DNA of 64,000 bases from Candidatus Terraquivivens ruidianensis. GTDB lineage: Archaea; Thermoproteota; Nitrososphaeria_A; Caldarchaeales; Wolframiiraptoraceae. A model generated the notes under the pieces. That model searched no databases. It worked only from the letters and a program-made list of their open reading frames with translations, and was not told the DNA's origin. Below are positions 9,948 through 19,530 of the stretch, one piece after another. Position 1 is the first letter of the stretch; each line of letters opens with the position of its first letter. The position numbers and the translations under genes were made by a program. The stretch spans positions 44,334 through 108,333 of the forward strand of contig JALNLB010000002.1 in NCBI GenBank assembly GCA_023267885.1. The letters are read 5' to 3'.

Positions 9948-10895
9948 TTGGAGCGGGGGCCTGAGGACATAATCGAGGAAGTAAGGAACGACGTTGAGAG
10001 GGGCTCGGCAGAGCTTACGGCCAGGATAGTAGATGCCTTTATCGTCTTGGCTGATTCGAGGCGTGTAAACTCTGCCGAGGAGCTCAGGCATTCGGTCATC
10101 ACGCTGGCACAGCAGATAGCAAGTTCTAGGCCTTCGATGTTCTCTTTGAGAAACATCTCGTTTGAGGTAGCGGCCAAGTTTGCAGAGGCTTCACGCTACA
10201 CAGATAACCTTGATGTTCTCAAGGAACTCTTGAAGCAGATAGCTGCATCGGTGCTCGAGGAATACAGAGTTGCAACCGAAAGGCTTAGAAGGTTTGGGCG
10301 TGAGGTTCTTTCCAAGCTTAACAGCGTTGTAACGATAAGCTACAGCTCATCTGTGCTGGCGGTCATTAGGGAAGTTGGGAAAAAGGTTAAGGTTTACGTA
10401 GCAGAGTCTAGACCTCTTTTCGAAGGTAGGAAGACTGTAGCCGTCCTAGCGGAGTTAGGAATAGATGTTGTGCTCACAACCGATGCTGCTATCGGTTCTA
10501 CACTAAAAGAGTCGGATGCTGCGCTCGTAGGAGCAGATGCGATACTTGCGGATGGTTCGTTCGCTAACAAAGTCGGTACGTTCCAGTTGGCATGTACCTC
10601 CAAGTTCTTGGGAAAGCCGTTCTACGTCATCTCTACTACATGGAAAGCCCTCCCCACGTTGGAATATCCAGAGGAGGGGCACGACGTCGAAGAGGTCCTA
10701 TCGCCCGTTACTCATCCTGACTTGCTTTCTACCTACAAGATAAGCGTGAGGAATCCATATTTCGAGGTAGTGCCCGCAGAACTTGTGACGGCTTACATAA
10801 CGGAAGAAGGTATGTTGACGCCAAGCCAGATGGCCGAACTCATAGAGTCTAGATTCAGAAGATATAGGGAAATCGAAGAGGCAGTTTATGGGTGA
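9948..10895 (+). CDS. eIF-2B alpha/beta/delta family protein (ribose-1,5-bisphosphate isomerase / MTR-1-P isomerase-like)
   Basis: VYVAESRPLFEGRKTVAVLAELGIDV..VGADAILADGSFANKVGTFQLA is the typical IF-2B family core. Length is about 315 aa. The start codon is TTG. Confidence 0.8.
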   Translation: MERGPEDIIEEVRNDVERGSAELTARIVDAFIVLADSRRVNSAEELRHSVITLAQQIASSRPSMFSLRNISFEVAAKFAEASRYTDNLDVLKELLKQIAASVLEEYRVATERLRRFGREVLSKLNSVVTISYSSSVLAVIREVGKKVKVYVAESRPLFEGRKTVAVLAELGIDVVLTTDAAIGSTLKESDAALVGADAILADGSFANKVGTFQLACTSKFLGKPFYVISTTWKALPTLEYPEEGHDVEEVLSPVTHPDLLSTYKISVRNPYFEVVPAELVTAYITEEGMLTPSQMAELIESRFRRYREIEEAVYG

Positions 10896-10916
10896 TGCGG
10901 GGGGCGTGTTGATTAG

Positions 10917-11555
10917 TTGATAAATGTCAAGAAGCTTGTCGTCGGGCCGCTATCGAGTAACGCATACGTTGTGTACGATTCTGATGCGAACGCAGGAATC
11001 ATAGTCGATGCTGGTGGTGATGGAACTAAGATAGTGGCGTTAGTAAAAAGGTTAGACGTTAAGATTAGCCACCTATGCGGGACGCATGCACATTTTGACC
11101 ACATCTTAGCAGCCAAGCAGGTTAAGGACGTTCTTAGCTGCGAATTTTTAATCCACAAGGATGACGTCTGGTTATTAGAACGAGCTCCTGAAAGTATAAA
11201 GAAGTACGTGGGAGACGATGTTCCGGAGATAGCCGAGCCGGACGGTTACCTGTACGAGGGTTATACACTGGAAGTCGGTCAGCATATCGTTAAGGTTCTG
11301 CACACTCCCGGACACACGCCGGGCAGCGTATCCATCGTGAGCGACGGGCTCGTGTTCACTGGCGACACACTCTTCGCTGGCACGGTGGGCAGGACGGATT
11401 TTCCCGGCGGCAACGCTGAACAACTAGCAGAGTCGTTATCCAAAAAGCTGATGTCGCTACCAGACGATTACGTGGTGTATCCTGGACATGGAAGGCCGAC
11501 CACGATAGGTGCCGAAATGAAGAGCAACCCGTTCATAAAGATAGCCAAACGTTGA
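10917..11555 (+). CDS. MBL-fold metallo-hydrolase (glyoxalase II-like)
   Basis: Metal-binding motif THAHFDH, followed by HTPGHTPGS and YPGHG. Confidence 0.8.
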   Translation: MINVKKLVVGPLSSNAYVVYDSDANAGIIVDAGGDGTKIVALVKRLDVKISHLCGTHAHFDHILAAKQVKDVLSCEFLIHKDDVWLLERAPESIKKYVGDDVPEIAEPDGYLYEGYTLEVGQHIVKVLHTPGHTPGSVSIVSDGLVFTGDTLFAGTVGRTDFPGGNAEQLAESLSKKLMSLPDDYVVYPGHGRPTTIGAEMKSNPFIKIAKR

Positions 11556-11561
11556 GCGGCT

Positions 11562-12266
11562 ATGTTAAGTAGCTTAGAGGAGCTGGCAACGACGATAATC
11601 TCGTGTAAGAAATGTCCTAGGCTCGTCTTCTACAGGCAGTACGTGGCTGAAAATAGACCGAAGAGGTTTCTGAACGATGAGTACTGGGCAAAACCCATAC
11701 CCGGATTCGGTGATTTCCATGCTAGGCTCTTAGTCGTCGGCCTTGCGCCAGCCGCACACGGAGGTAACAGAACTGGAAGGATGTTCACTGGCGATGGTTC
11801 CGCCGAGACTTTGATGAGGGCATTACATTCTGCAGGATACGCATCCCAACCTTATAGCATTCGTAAAGACGACGGGCTTAGGCTCGAAGACGCCTACCTC
11901 ACGGCCGTCGTTAGGTGCGTTCCACCTAAGAACATGCCCTCGAGAGAAGAAATCGAAAACTGCTCAACGTACCTAAAAAGCGAGCTCTTCCTTCTTAAGA
12001 ATGTAAGGGCGATGGTTGCACTCGGTATGGTCGCATTCAAGACTTGTGTGAGAATCTTGTCGGAGCTCGGCGTTAGGATACCGAGGCCTACACCAGAGTT
12101 TTCGCACGGTGCCGTTTACAGATTGGAGGGGGAGTACTTCAGTAGAGCAGCGCCCGTACTCATAGCATCCTACCACCCCAGCAGGCAAAACACGCAGACG
12201 GGTAGGTTGACACAGAGCATGCTGAACAAAGTATTCAAGAAGGCTAGGCGGTTGACGCTTGTCTGA
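11562..12266 (+). CDS. Uracil-DNA glycosylase, family 4/5 (UDGb-like)
   Basis: N-terminal CKKCPRL Fe-S cysteine pair. The motif GLAPAAHGGNRTGRMFTGD resembles family 5 (GLAPA) rather than family 4 (GEAPG). HPS lies near the C-terminus. Confidence 0.82.
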   Translation: MLSSLEELATTIISCKKCPRLVFYRQYVAENRPKRFLNDEYWAKPIPGFGDFHARLLVVGLAPAAHGGNRTGRMFTGDGSAETLMRALHSAGYASQPYSIRKDDGLRLEDAYLTAVVRCVPPKNMPSREEIENCSTYLKSELFLLKNVRAMVALGMVAFKTCVRILSELGVRIPRPTPEFSHGAVYRLEGEYFSRAAPVLIASYHPSRQNTQTGRLTQSMLNKVFKKARRLTLV

Positions 12267-12312
12267 ACGTTTTGTTTTTATCATTGTTTATTTTAAATTG
12301 AAAACATTTTAA

Positions 12313-13527
12313 TTGTGGCACGCACTCAAGGGCAGCACGAAATTGAGTAAGCTTACGTCCAAAGAGCCTGCCGCATTCTTGCGGTTGCTCAGCATCTCCA
12401 CTTTCGTCATAGGCCTTGGCATATCCTCTGGTCTATACTTCATCCCGATACAGGCTGAGATTCTTGGTGCGTCTTACTTAGAGATAGGAGCGCTCGGCTT
12501 TATTAGGGCCTTGCCATACGTCTTCCTGCCCGCCCTCGTCGGACACTTCTTAGCGAGCGCCAACAAGACTAGGCTGTACTTGATTAGCCCTATAATGACT
12601 GTAATTTTTTACATGCTCGTCTCGCTGATTAGGAGCGTACATGAGATTATCGCCGCTCAGATTCTGATAGGTCTAGCGTTCGTCTTCTACTGGCCCGTGG
12701 GAGAAACGATGGTCGCTTCAAGTTCAACCGTTCAGAATAGAGTCAGAGCGTTTGCACTCTACAGTGTCTCGTGGAATGCTGGCTTTCTACTCGGACCAAG
12801 TATCGGAGGCTATGTGGCTGAGAAATTTGGCATACACGCTGCATTCTGGTTATCCTTAATCATATCAACGGTAGCGATACCGATGGTCCTTATGTTGAGA
12901 CAACCAACCGTCTTAGAGCAGAAGGATTCGGATGAAAGGAGGGGAAACGGGAAGTTTTCCCTTCTTAGACTCGCTCCATTCTACAGCATGCTCGCCATCC
13001 AGTCGATGGTTTACGCAACGCTCCTAGTAATATTCCCTAACTATGCTTGGAGACTGGGAATAAGTGAGTTCTACGTCGGCACAATATTCACAGTCTTTTC
13101 TCTTGCTAGGTTATTGTCGTTTTTAGTAATAGGAAAGATGTTTAGGTCACCACCAAGGTTTGCCTTCACGATAGCATCAGTATTTTTTGCCATTCCTATG
13201 CTTCTGATAGCATACTTTCCGTCTTTGGTCGTTTTCTACGTCGCCGTTGCGATGTACGCTGCGATGCTGAGCTACTTCACATCTATACTCTTTAATGCGC
13301 TAACCTACAACACGCCTGCTGAAAGATACGGCTTTGTCGTCGGCGTATACGAGGGCATCTTCGGTCTCGGCTTTGCCTCAGGTCCGTTGGTGGCCGGATA
13401 TGTATCCGAGGTCGTAGGCCTACGGGAAAGCTTCCTCCTTCAAGCCGTCATGGCTGCTACGATGGCATGCGTTGCAATTGCCTCAAGGGTCGAGAAGAGA
13501 AGCAATATAGGGGCTAACGTGTTTTGA
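12313..13527 (+). CDS. MFS-type transporter
   Basis: About 400 aa that are almost entirely hydrophobic, with roughly 12 helix-length segments split by a central charged loop (QKDSDERRGNGK). The start codon is uncertain (TTG). Confidence 0.7.
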   Translation: MWHALKGSTKLSKLTSKEPAAFLRLLSISTFVIGLGISSGLYFIPIQAEILGASYLEIGALGFIRALPYVFLPALVGHFLASANKTRLYLISPIMTVIFYMLVSLIRSVHEIIAAQILIGLAFVFYWPVGETMVASSSTVQNRVRAFALYSVSWNAGFLLGPSIGGYVAEKFGIHAAFWLSLIISTVAIPMVLMLRQPTVLEQKDSDERRGNGKFSLLRLAPFYSMLAIQSMVYATLLVIFPNYAWRLGISEFYVGTIFTVFSLARLLSFLVIGKMFRSPPRFAFTIASVFFAIPMLLIAYFPSLVVFYVAVAMYAAMLSYFTSILFNALTYNTPAERYGFVVGVYEGIFGLGFASGPLVAGYVSEVVGLRESFLLQAVMAATMACVAIASRVEKRSNIGANVF

Positions 13528-13578
13528 GGTACAGAAAATCTTATTAATCGAATTAACAATTTTTTTCTTTGAGGTGCT

Positions 13579-14661
13579 ATGGTAAAATTTGGTCTGCACC
13601 TAACCGTTTTACCCGTAGCGGATTTGGTGCGTGCAGGTGTGCTTGCCGAAAAGTATGGCTTCACATCCGCATGGGTTCCGGACCACTATACAGACATGCC
13701 ACCTTCGGGTGACAAAGTTGACCCTTGGGTAACCCTCACGGCCATAGGTGTACAGACAAAGAACATGAGACTCGCAACGGATGTGACGGATGTAATCAGG
13801 GCACACCCGACAAAGGTTGCGCATATTACGGCCACACTCGACGAATTAACTGGCGGTAGAGCAATACTCGGGCTTGGAGCTGGCGAGGCAATGAACATAG
13901 CGGCCTACGGTATGCCATGGGAGGACCCAGAAACGAGGGTTTCGAGGTTAAAGGAAGCTATCCAAGTAATCAGGCTCTCATGGAAATCTAGCAGAGCTAG
14001 CCCGGTCAATTTTGAGGGAAGGTTCTACAGGCTTAAGAACGCTTGGATAGACCAAGTCCCAGTACAGAAGCCTGCCCCGCCTATCTACGTGGGCGCCTTA
14101 GGCTCTCCTAGGTCTCTCAGATTAGTAGGAGAAGTTGCTGATGGTTGGAAGCCTTGGCTTGCTACTCCGGAGCTCTACCAGAAAAGGCTGGAGATAATAA
14201 AGGATGCTGCAAAGAAAGCAGGAAGGGACTTCGAAGCTATAGATAAGATTGCCTTCATTTATACAGCAGTGACAGACGACCCAAGCATGAGAAAGGCTGC
14301 AGTTGACGCCATAAAGCCAGAGATTATAATGCTGACGCATAGAAAGACTTTGAAGGAACTTGGGTTTGAGGTGCCGATACCCGAGGTCGTAGATTACTCC
14401 TACCAGAGGGCACCACCTGTTGAGGAGGTTGTCGAGCAGCCGAGGAAGGCTGCCGAGGCCATGCCCGACAAAATAGCCGAGAAGTTCTTAGCCGTAGGCG
14501 CACCAGACGAGGTAATTGCTGGCATAGAGAAGTTCTTGAAGGCCGGAGCAAAGAACGTCGTCATAAAGGACCTAGTTGGCCTTTACGTAACGGGCGACGT
14601 CAGAAAGCTGGAAGAGCAGATAAAGCTCCTGGGCGAGAAAGTGCTACCTTACTTCAAGTAG
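13579..14661 (+). CDS. Luciferase-like (LLM) flavin/F420-dependent oxidoreductase
   Basis: MVKFGLHL..WVPDHY..ILGLGAGEA pattern, as in the Mer/LLM family. GAGGTG lies 5 nt upstream of the ATG. Confidence 0.78.
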   Translation: MVKFGLHLTVLPVADLVRAGVLAEKYGFTSAWVPDHYTDMPPSGDKVDPWVTLTAIGVQTKNMRLATDVTDVIRAHPTKVAHITATLDELTGGRAILGLGAGEAMNIAAYGMPWEDPETRVSRLKEAIQVIRLSWKSSRASPVNFEGRFYRLKNAWIDQVPVQKPAPPIYVGALGSPRSLRLVGEVADGWKPWLATPELYQKRLEIIKDAAKKAGRDFEAIDKIAFIYTAVTDDPSMRKAAVDAIKPEIIMLTHRKTLKELGFEVPIPEVVDYSYQRAPPVEEVVEQPRKAAEAMPDKIAEKFLAVGAPDEVIAGIEKFLKAGAKNVVIKDLVGLYVTGDVRKLEEQIKLLGEKVLPYFK

Positions 14662-14689
14662 AGATATCAGACCGTTTCTCCACTATTTT

Positions 14690-15547
14690 TTATTTTTGTA
14701 TACGCCTTAATGCAACGCTATCTGGAAGAGAGCAACATGCCTCGATGGTCGGTTCTGGGATTGACGTATAGGGTACGGTGATCCTGTCGACCAAACCCTT
14801 ACGCATTAACTCGCTTTCAAGGGTCTGCGTATAATTCCCCCTAACCCTCATGCAACCCAGCGCAAGCTCCGTGTTATCTAGCTTTTTCCTAGCGGTAGCG
14901 AAAAGATTCAGTAAATCGCTTATGGGCGGCGGTTTAACATGGGCCATGGGCGTACCTTCCATCGGCACCAGTATCAGAAATATTAAAACGTAAGGGTCGT
15001 ACTCCCTCAGCACATCAATGGCCTCGTATTCCCAATAAACCTTACCGTAATCCGAGCCCACTGTTATGTGCGGCGAGATGTAACGTGGACCGTAGGTGTA
15101 AATCGTATCGAGCGCTTTCACCACATCATCCCTGCCCAATTTGGTGTGCATGACGTTCCTCAGAACACCTTCACTGAGAACGACATAGAATTCCGCTATA
15201 TCTATCCCGGAGTCCCTTAGTTGGGTTGCACCGTCTTTATCTAAGATGCCGGGGTGTATACTGAGCGTTAGGCCTAATTCCTTCTTCACATACCTTATGA
15301 CCTCAAGGTACGGCTCGAATGGCAGTTTACCGTCCTTGGTGAAGCCGCCGCTGAGCAGACATCCTACGCCGCCCCTTTCTTTTAACCTCTTACAGAAGGA
15401 AAGAAGCTTGTCGGGATTCTCTACTTGTACCATCGTCCTCAGGACAAGCCTGCGGCAGTAATCGCACTTCAGCTCACACTTACTGCCAGTTATGGACACG
15501 GTAGGATACTTCGGGTGGGGTACGTATACCTTAAGCACGGCACGCAA
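14690..15547 (-). CDS. Radical SAM protein, function unknown
   Basis: CX3CX2C motif (CELKCDYC) near the N-terminus, with LLSGGF and TIM-barrel-like periodicity. It lies 9 nt downstream of the CN-hydrolase gene. Confidence 0.8.
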   Translation of the reverse strand: MRAVLKVYVPHPKYPTVSITGSKCELKCDYCRRLVLRTMVQVENPDKLLSFCKRLKERGGVGCLLSGGFTKDGKLPFEPYLEVIRYVKKELGLTLSIHPGILDKDGATQLRDSGIDIAEFYVVLSEGVLRNVMHTKLGRDDVVKALDTIYTYGPRYISPHITVGSDYGKVYWEYEAIDVLREYDPYVLIFLILVPMEGTPMAHVKPPPISDLLNLFATARKKLDNTELALGCMRVRGNYTQTLESELMRKGLVDRITVPYTSIPEPTIEACCSLPDSVALRRIQK

Positions 15548-15556
15548 GCCTGCCTT

Positions 15557-16402
15557 CTATCTAAAAACCATTCCTAATGCGTTAAATTTTAACCTTCTAT
15601 TCCTAAAGAAGACCTTCCACCTGAACTCGGAATATCGCTTCATGTCGATGTCCACAACTAGTATCTCTTCATCCTTACCTGCCTTCGCCCTTATCAGCCT
15701 TTCTTCCGTGAACATCTTTTCGCCGCTATAAGGCTTGACGATAAACTCGTCAATGCTCATGACGTCTTCGGGTATGACGATGATGCTGTGTCCTCCGTAC
15801 CTAGGCTCCAACTCAAACCCGGCATAAACCAATTGTGGCTTAACCCATTCGGCCGTGTTAACACCTACAACGGGCATCCAGTTCTCCCAAGAGCGGACTA
15901 AAATTATACGATGCCAAAGAGATATCACGTTTGCATTCCAGTTTGAAACGACGAATACGATATCGGCTCCCATCATGGTCAAAATTGACATGGGCTCGGG
16001 ATAGATTATCTCGGAGCATCTCAGGATACCTAATTTGCCATGAGTCGTATCGTGTAACGGTAGAGAATCTACGGATTCAAAAAGCCCTTCCTCGAACACC
16101 CAAAGGAGCGTCGTCTTGCCTTGCCTACCTATCACCTCGCCCTCGGGGCTTATGAGTATACACGTACTTCCATACTTACTGGCCTGAGTTTTTTGGAGCA
16201 TCGTAGCTATGACGTAAGAATTTATCTCGCGGGCCTTTTTGCAGAGTTCCTTCTCGCCCGTTGAAGGGTATCCTTCCGGGAACGCAGCTATATCAACCTC
16301 CATCCTCGCTACATCATCAAGCAACTTTAGTGCCCTCGGCAGGTTCTTCTCGGTAAAGAGTCCATCAGAAGGCTTAGCCTGTATTGCGGCCACCCTAACC
16401 AA
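15557..16402 (-). CDS. Carbon-nitrogen hydrolase (nitrilase superfamily)
   Basis: MVRVAAIQ start, Glu context FPEGYP and Cys context GILRCSEIIYPE. Confidence 0.85.
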   Translation of the reverse strand: MVRVAAIQAKPSDGLFTEKNLPRALKLLDDVARMEVDIAAFPEGYPSTGEKELCKKAREINSYVIATMLQKTQASKYGSTCILISPEGEVIGRQGKTTLLWVFEEGLFESVDSLPLHDTTHGKLGILRCSEIIYPEPMSILTMMGADIVFVVSNWNANVISLWHRIILVRSWENWMPVVGVNTAEWVKPQLVYAGFELEPRYGGHSIIVIPEDVMSIDEFIVKPYSGEKMFTEERLIRAKAGKDEEILVVDIDMKRYSEFRWKVFFRNRRLKFNALGMVFR

Positions 16403-16500
16403 GCAACATCAACTAATTTTATTTTTAAAAAAACACTTATAAAATTTGAGTAAATTTATTACGAAGTAAGGACATAATACCAATAAACAGGTGTTGCATT

Positions 16501-16797
16501 ATGGGAGTTCTACCGGGTCAGAAATTCGTATGGCTTAAGGCAAAAGGCGACACCAACGTACCGTCTGACTCCGTCAAGATAAACAACAAGTACTTGGCGT
16601 TACTTAAAGTGCCTGAAAAAGAGCTGGTAGAGATAGTGTACGAGGGCGAGCTTCTGTTCAAGGCCAGCGTCATATACAGCGCTGACGCGCAAAGGGGTTA
16701 TGCATTTATAAACAAGAATAAAATGGTTGAGTTCAAAATACCAGAAGAAGAGGCACTCATTATAGCAGAGCCTAGGGAAAAAGCTGAGTCCGAGTGA
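16501..16797 (+). CDS. Hypothetical small protein (98 aa)
   Basis: Clean ATG ORF in an otherwise empty interval, transcribed divergently from the CN-hydrolase gene across an AT-rich promoter region. I recognise no family. Confidence 0.5.
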   Translation: MGVLPGQKFVWLKAKGDTNVPSDSVKINNKYLALLKVPEKELVEIVYEGELLFKASVIYSADAQRGYAFINKNKMVEFKIPEEEALIIAEPREKAESE

Positions 16798-16799
16798 CG

Positions 16800-17969
16800 T
16801 TAGAGCTCCATTGAGGTTTGATAAGATTCTTGTATAGTAACACCACTTTCTTTAATTTCTTTTAAGAAAATCTCCGGGTCTATGCAACCTTCTGGAGCGA
16901 AGACACCTTTTGCCTTCACCTGACCGCGTCCTAACATTATAGCACCTATTACGGCAGATATGGCCGTGGCGAACTCGTGTCCAACGTCGGAGAATTTGTA
17001 TACATACTTCGTTAAATTTCCACCCTTCTTTCCGCTGACCGCTATCCTCATCTCGAAGAGAGGCTCCGCGGCATCAAACTTGAAAAGCTCCATCGCAACA
17101 TCCATCGGGAAAGATGCAAAGCGCGCCATGATGAAGTCCCTGGGCGATACCTTAAGGCCCTTAACGTTTATGGCCTCGAGCTGGGTTAGGCGTAACTTGT
17201 TGAGCATTCTGTAAATCTCGACAACTTCGCCGGGCACCATTCCGGCCTTGCATGTTACATTCTTTGCTTTTACGTATCTTGGAATCGTTACGGGCTCCGG
17301 ATGTCCTATGTGGTAGACTTCCACGTTACCGAGCTCGAGAAAGTCCTGAACTTCCTTTCCGTCAAGCAAGGGCGTAACCTCCTTCCAATTTCCATTCTCG
17401 TAAGTCAGAACCTTTCCGCTGGTGACGTTGAACATGTGAGCGGTAACTGCTTCCGAGGCAACACCAGCGGCCGTCGTGAAAATCCAAGAGACATCTATAT
17501 TTTCAACTTCATCAAGCTTCGATGCACCGTATCTCGCCAGAACGTTCGAAAGACCTGGTGTCGAGCCGAGGCCTATAACAACGCTAATGTTCTTCCTCTT
17601 TGCCTCCTCAAACAACGCCTTGTCCTCGAGAACCTCTTTGGAGGGTAGCGGGTCGTCCATTATATCTACAAAATTAACACCAGCATCAACCGCAGCCTTC
17701 ACTATAGGCACGCCAAATTTGTAGTAGGGCCCTACGCAACCTACCACGACGTCTGCCTTCTGCATCTGGGCAATTAGCGACGGTCGGTCTGTCACGTCAA
17801 CCTTCAGGGCTTTGGCCTTCTTTACTTTACTGGCAATCTTCTCGGCCTTGTCTACGAGTATGTCTCCCAAGATTACTTCATCCACGTCTGGGTATTTTAC
17901 TAGGTGCTCAGCTACTTCAGAGCCGATTGTTCCTGCCCCACCCAGTATGAGTACGCGCATGGCCGTCAC
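16800..17969 (-). CDS. Saccharopine dehydrogenase-like NAD(P)-binding oxidoreductase
   Basis: N-terminal Rossmann motif MRVLILGGAGTIGSEV. Length and layout fit the saccharopine/carboxynorspermidine dehydrogenase family. Confidence 0.78.
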   Translation of the reverse strand: MTAMRVLILGGAGTIGSEVAEHLVKYPDVDEVILGDILVDKAEKIASKVKKAKALKVDVTDRPSLIAQMQKADVVVGCVGPYYKFGVPIVKAAVDAGVNFVDIMDDPLPSKEVLEDKALFEEAKRKNISVVIGLGSTPGLSNVLARYGASKLDEVENIDVSWIFTTAAGVASEAVTAHMFNVTSGKVLTYENGNWKEVTPLLDGKEVQDFLELGNVEVYHIGHPEPVTIPRYVKAKNVTCKAGMVPGEVVEIYRMLNKLRLTQLEAINVKGLKVSPRDFIMARFASFPMDVAMELFKFDAAEPLFEMRIAVSGKKGGNLTKYVYKFSDVGHEFATAISAVIGAIMLGRGQVKAKGVFAPEGCIDPEIFLKEIKESGVTIQESYQTSMEL

Positions 17970-17999
17970 ATAAAAATAAGGGAGTTGTTTTAAAGCGTT

Positions 18000-19445
18000 T
18001 TATACCATTTTGTCGACTTCTTCGATGGCTTTATCCAATATGTCAATAGCCCTGTCCACTTCGTCTTCAGTCACGACGAGGGTTGGCATTAGCGTTATAT
18101 TGTTGGCGGCGAACGTCGAGACCAACAACCTCCTCTCAATACACTTGACAGCCACGACCTTGCTCGGTATCTTGACTGCTTCCTCATGCCAGAAGTAGAA
18201 CCTATCCTGCGGGAATATCGGCTCCTTCGTCTCCTTATTCTTTACCAGCTCTATGCCCCATATGAGTCCCATGCCGCTTACGTTTCCTACGGATTTGTGC
18301 CTATCCTTGATACCTTTAAGCCCTTCCTCAAGCCTCTTGCCGATCTTCTTCGCATGGTCAGGTATGAGCTTCTCCTCCTTGTATACGGTCAGCGCAGCAT
18401 AAGCTGCGGCCATGCCGAGCGGATGGGATGCGAACGTGCTCGCGTGCCACCACTTTCTCTCATCAAACCACTTGGCTAACTCCGGGCTGATGGCGACACC
18501 TCCTACGGGTATGTGAGAACCTGTTACACCTTTAGCGAAGGTAACGATGTCGGGCTTGATGTCCCAGTTCTGGTATCCGAACCAAGGCCCTGTTCTTCCG
18601 AAGCCGCAGATGACTTCGTCGTCTATCCAAAGAACCCCGAGCTCCTTAGTTATCTGTCTTAATTGTGGGTTGTACTCGGGCGGCGGAGCGAATACACCAC
18701 AACTTCCCTGCACAACTTCGGTTATGACCGCCGCGACGTAAGGTTGATGGGCAAGTATCAATTCCTTGAGTACATTAATGCAGGCTAGCATTCCTTTCCT
18801 ATCCTTGCAGTCAGGATATGTGTGTCCTATTGGACAACGATAGCAGTGGGGCGGCGGAGCTATTGCAGTATACGGAACTATTCCACCGACCGGTGTCTTA
18901 ATCTCCGGCACCTCACCCGGCTTAGTTGGTGTTATTGCCAAGTCCCTCAGATACGGTATTATCGTGTTAGCCACTGCACCAGCAGTCCAACCGTGGTAGT
19001 CGTACCATCTGGTAACCACGTATGGTTTGCCTGTGTACACCCTAGCTATCATTAACGCATACTCGACGGCCTCGCTTCCGCTGTTCCCGAAGCCGACCCT
19101 GGCCATATCTCCCTTGAAGGCTTCCTCTATGAGGAATTTACAGACCTTTGGTCTCATCTGCTCTAAGAACCCACCCTCATATAGATAGCCGAAGTGGTCA
19201 GCATATTCCTTTATCGCCTGGGCTATCTTAGGATGATAGGCGCCTGCGTTCGCGCAGTGCAGAACCGACATGAAGTCCAGAATCTTAACGTTCTCCGAAG
19301 TTATCAGATAGGGCCCTTCTGTTCTCGCTATGGGCAACGGGGAATATTCCTTCGCGGTCGATATCGGCCTCAAAAAGTATTTCTTATCCAACTCTATTAA
19401 CTCTTCCCAATTTACTTCTTCGGGTGGTGTTACAAATTTTGGCAT
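18000..19445 (-). CDS. Class III (omega) aminotransferase, PLP-dependent
   Basis: Motifs GNSGSEAVE, WIDDEVICGFGRTG and the PLP-lysine context DIVTFAKGVTG. The start is set at ATG 19445, which is preceded by GAGGAGG. The longer ORF-track start would overlap ilvD. Confidence 0.85.
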   Translation of the reverse strand: MPKFVTPPEEVNWEELIELDKKYFLRPISTAKEYSPLPIARTEGPYLITSENVKILDFMSVLHCANAGAYHPKIAQAIKEYADHFGYLYEGGFLEQMRPKVCKFLIEEAFKGDMARVGFGNSGSEAVEYALMIARVYTGKPYVVTRWYDYHGWTAGAVANTIIPYLRDLAITPTKPGEVPEIKTPVGGIVPYTAIAPPPHCYRCPIGHTYPDCKDRKGMLACINVLKELILAHQPYVAAVITEVVQGSCGVFAPPPEYNPQLRQITKELGVLWIDDEVICGFGRTGPWFGYQNWDIKPDIVTFAKGVTGSHIPVGGVAISPELAKWFDERKWWHASTFASHPLGMAAAYAALTVYKEEKLIPDHAKKIGKRLEEGLKGIKDRHKSVGNVSGMGLIWGIELVKNKETKEPIFPQDRFYFWHEEAVKIPSKVVAVKCIERRLLVSTFAANNITLMPTLVVTEDEVDRAIDILDKAIEEVDKMV

Positions 19446-19530
19446 ACCACTCCTCCTCGGAATTATCATAAACCGTGAACGTATAAAAATCTTACGGAAA
19501 ATTATAAAACAAATTAAAATGAAGACTCTG

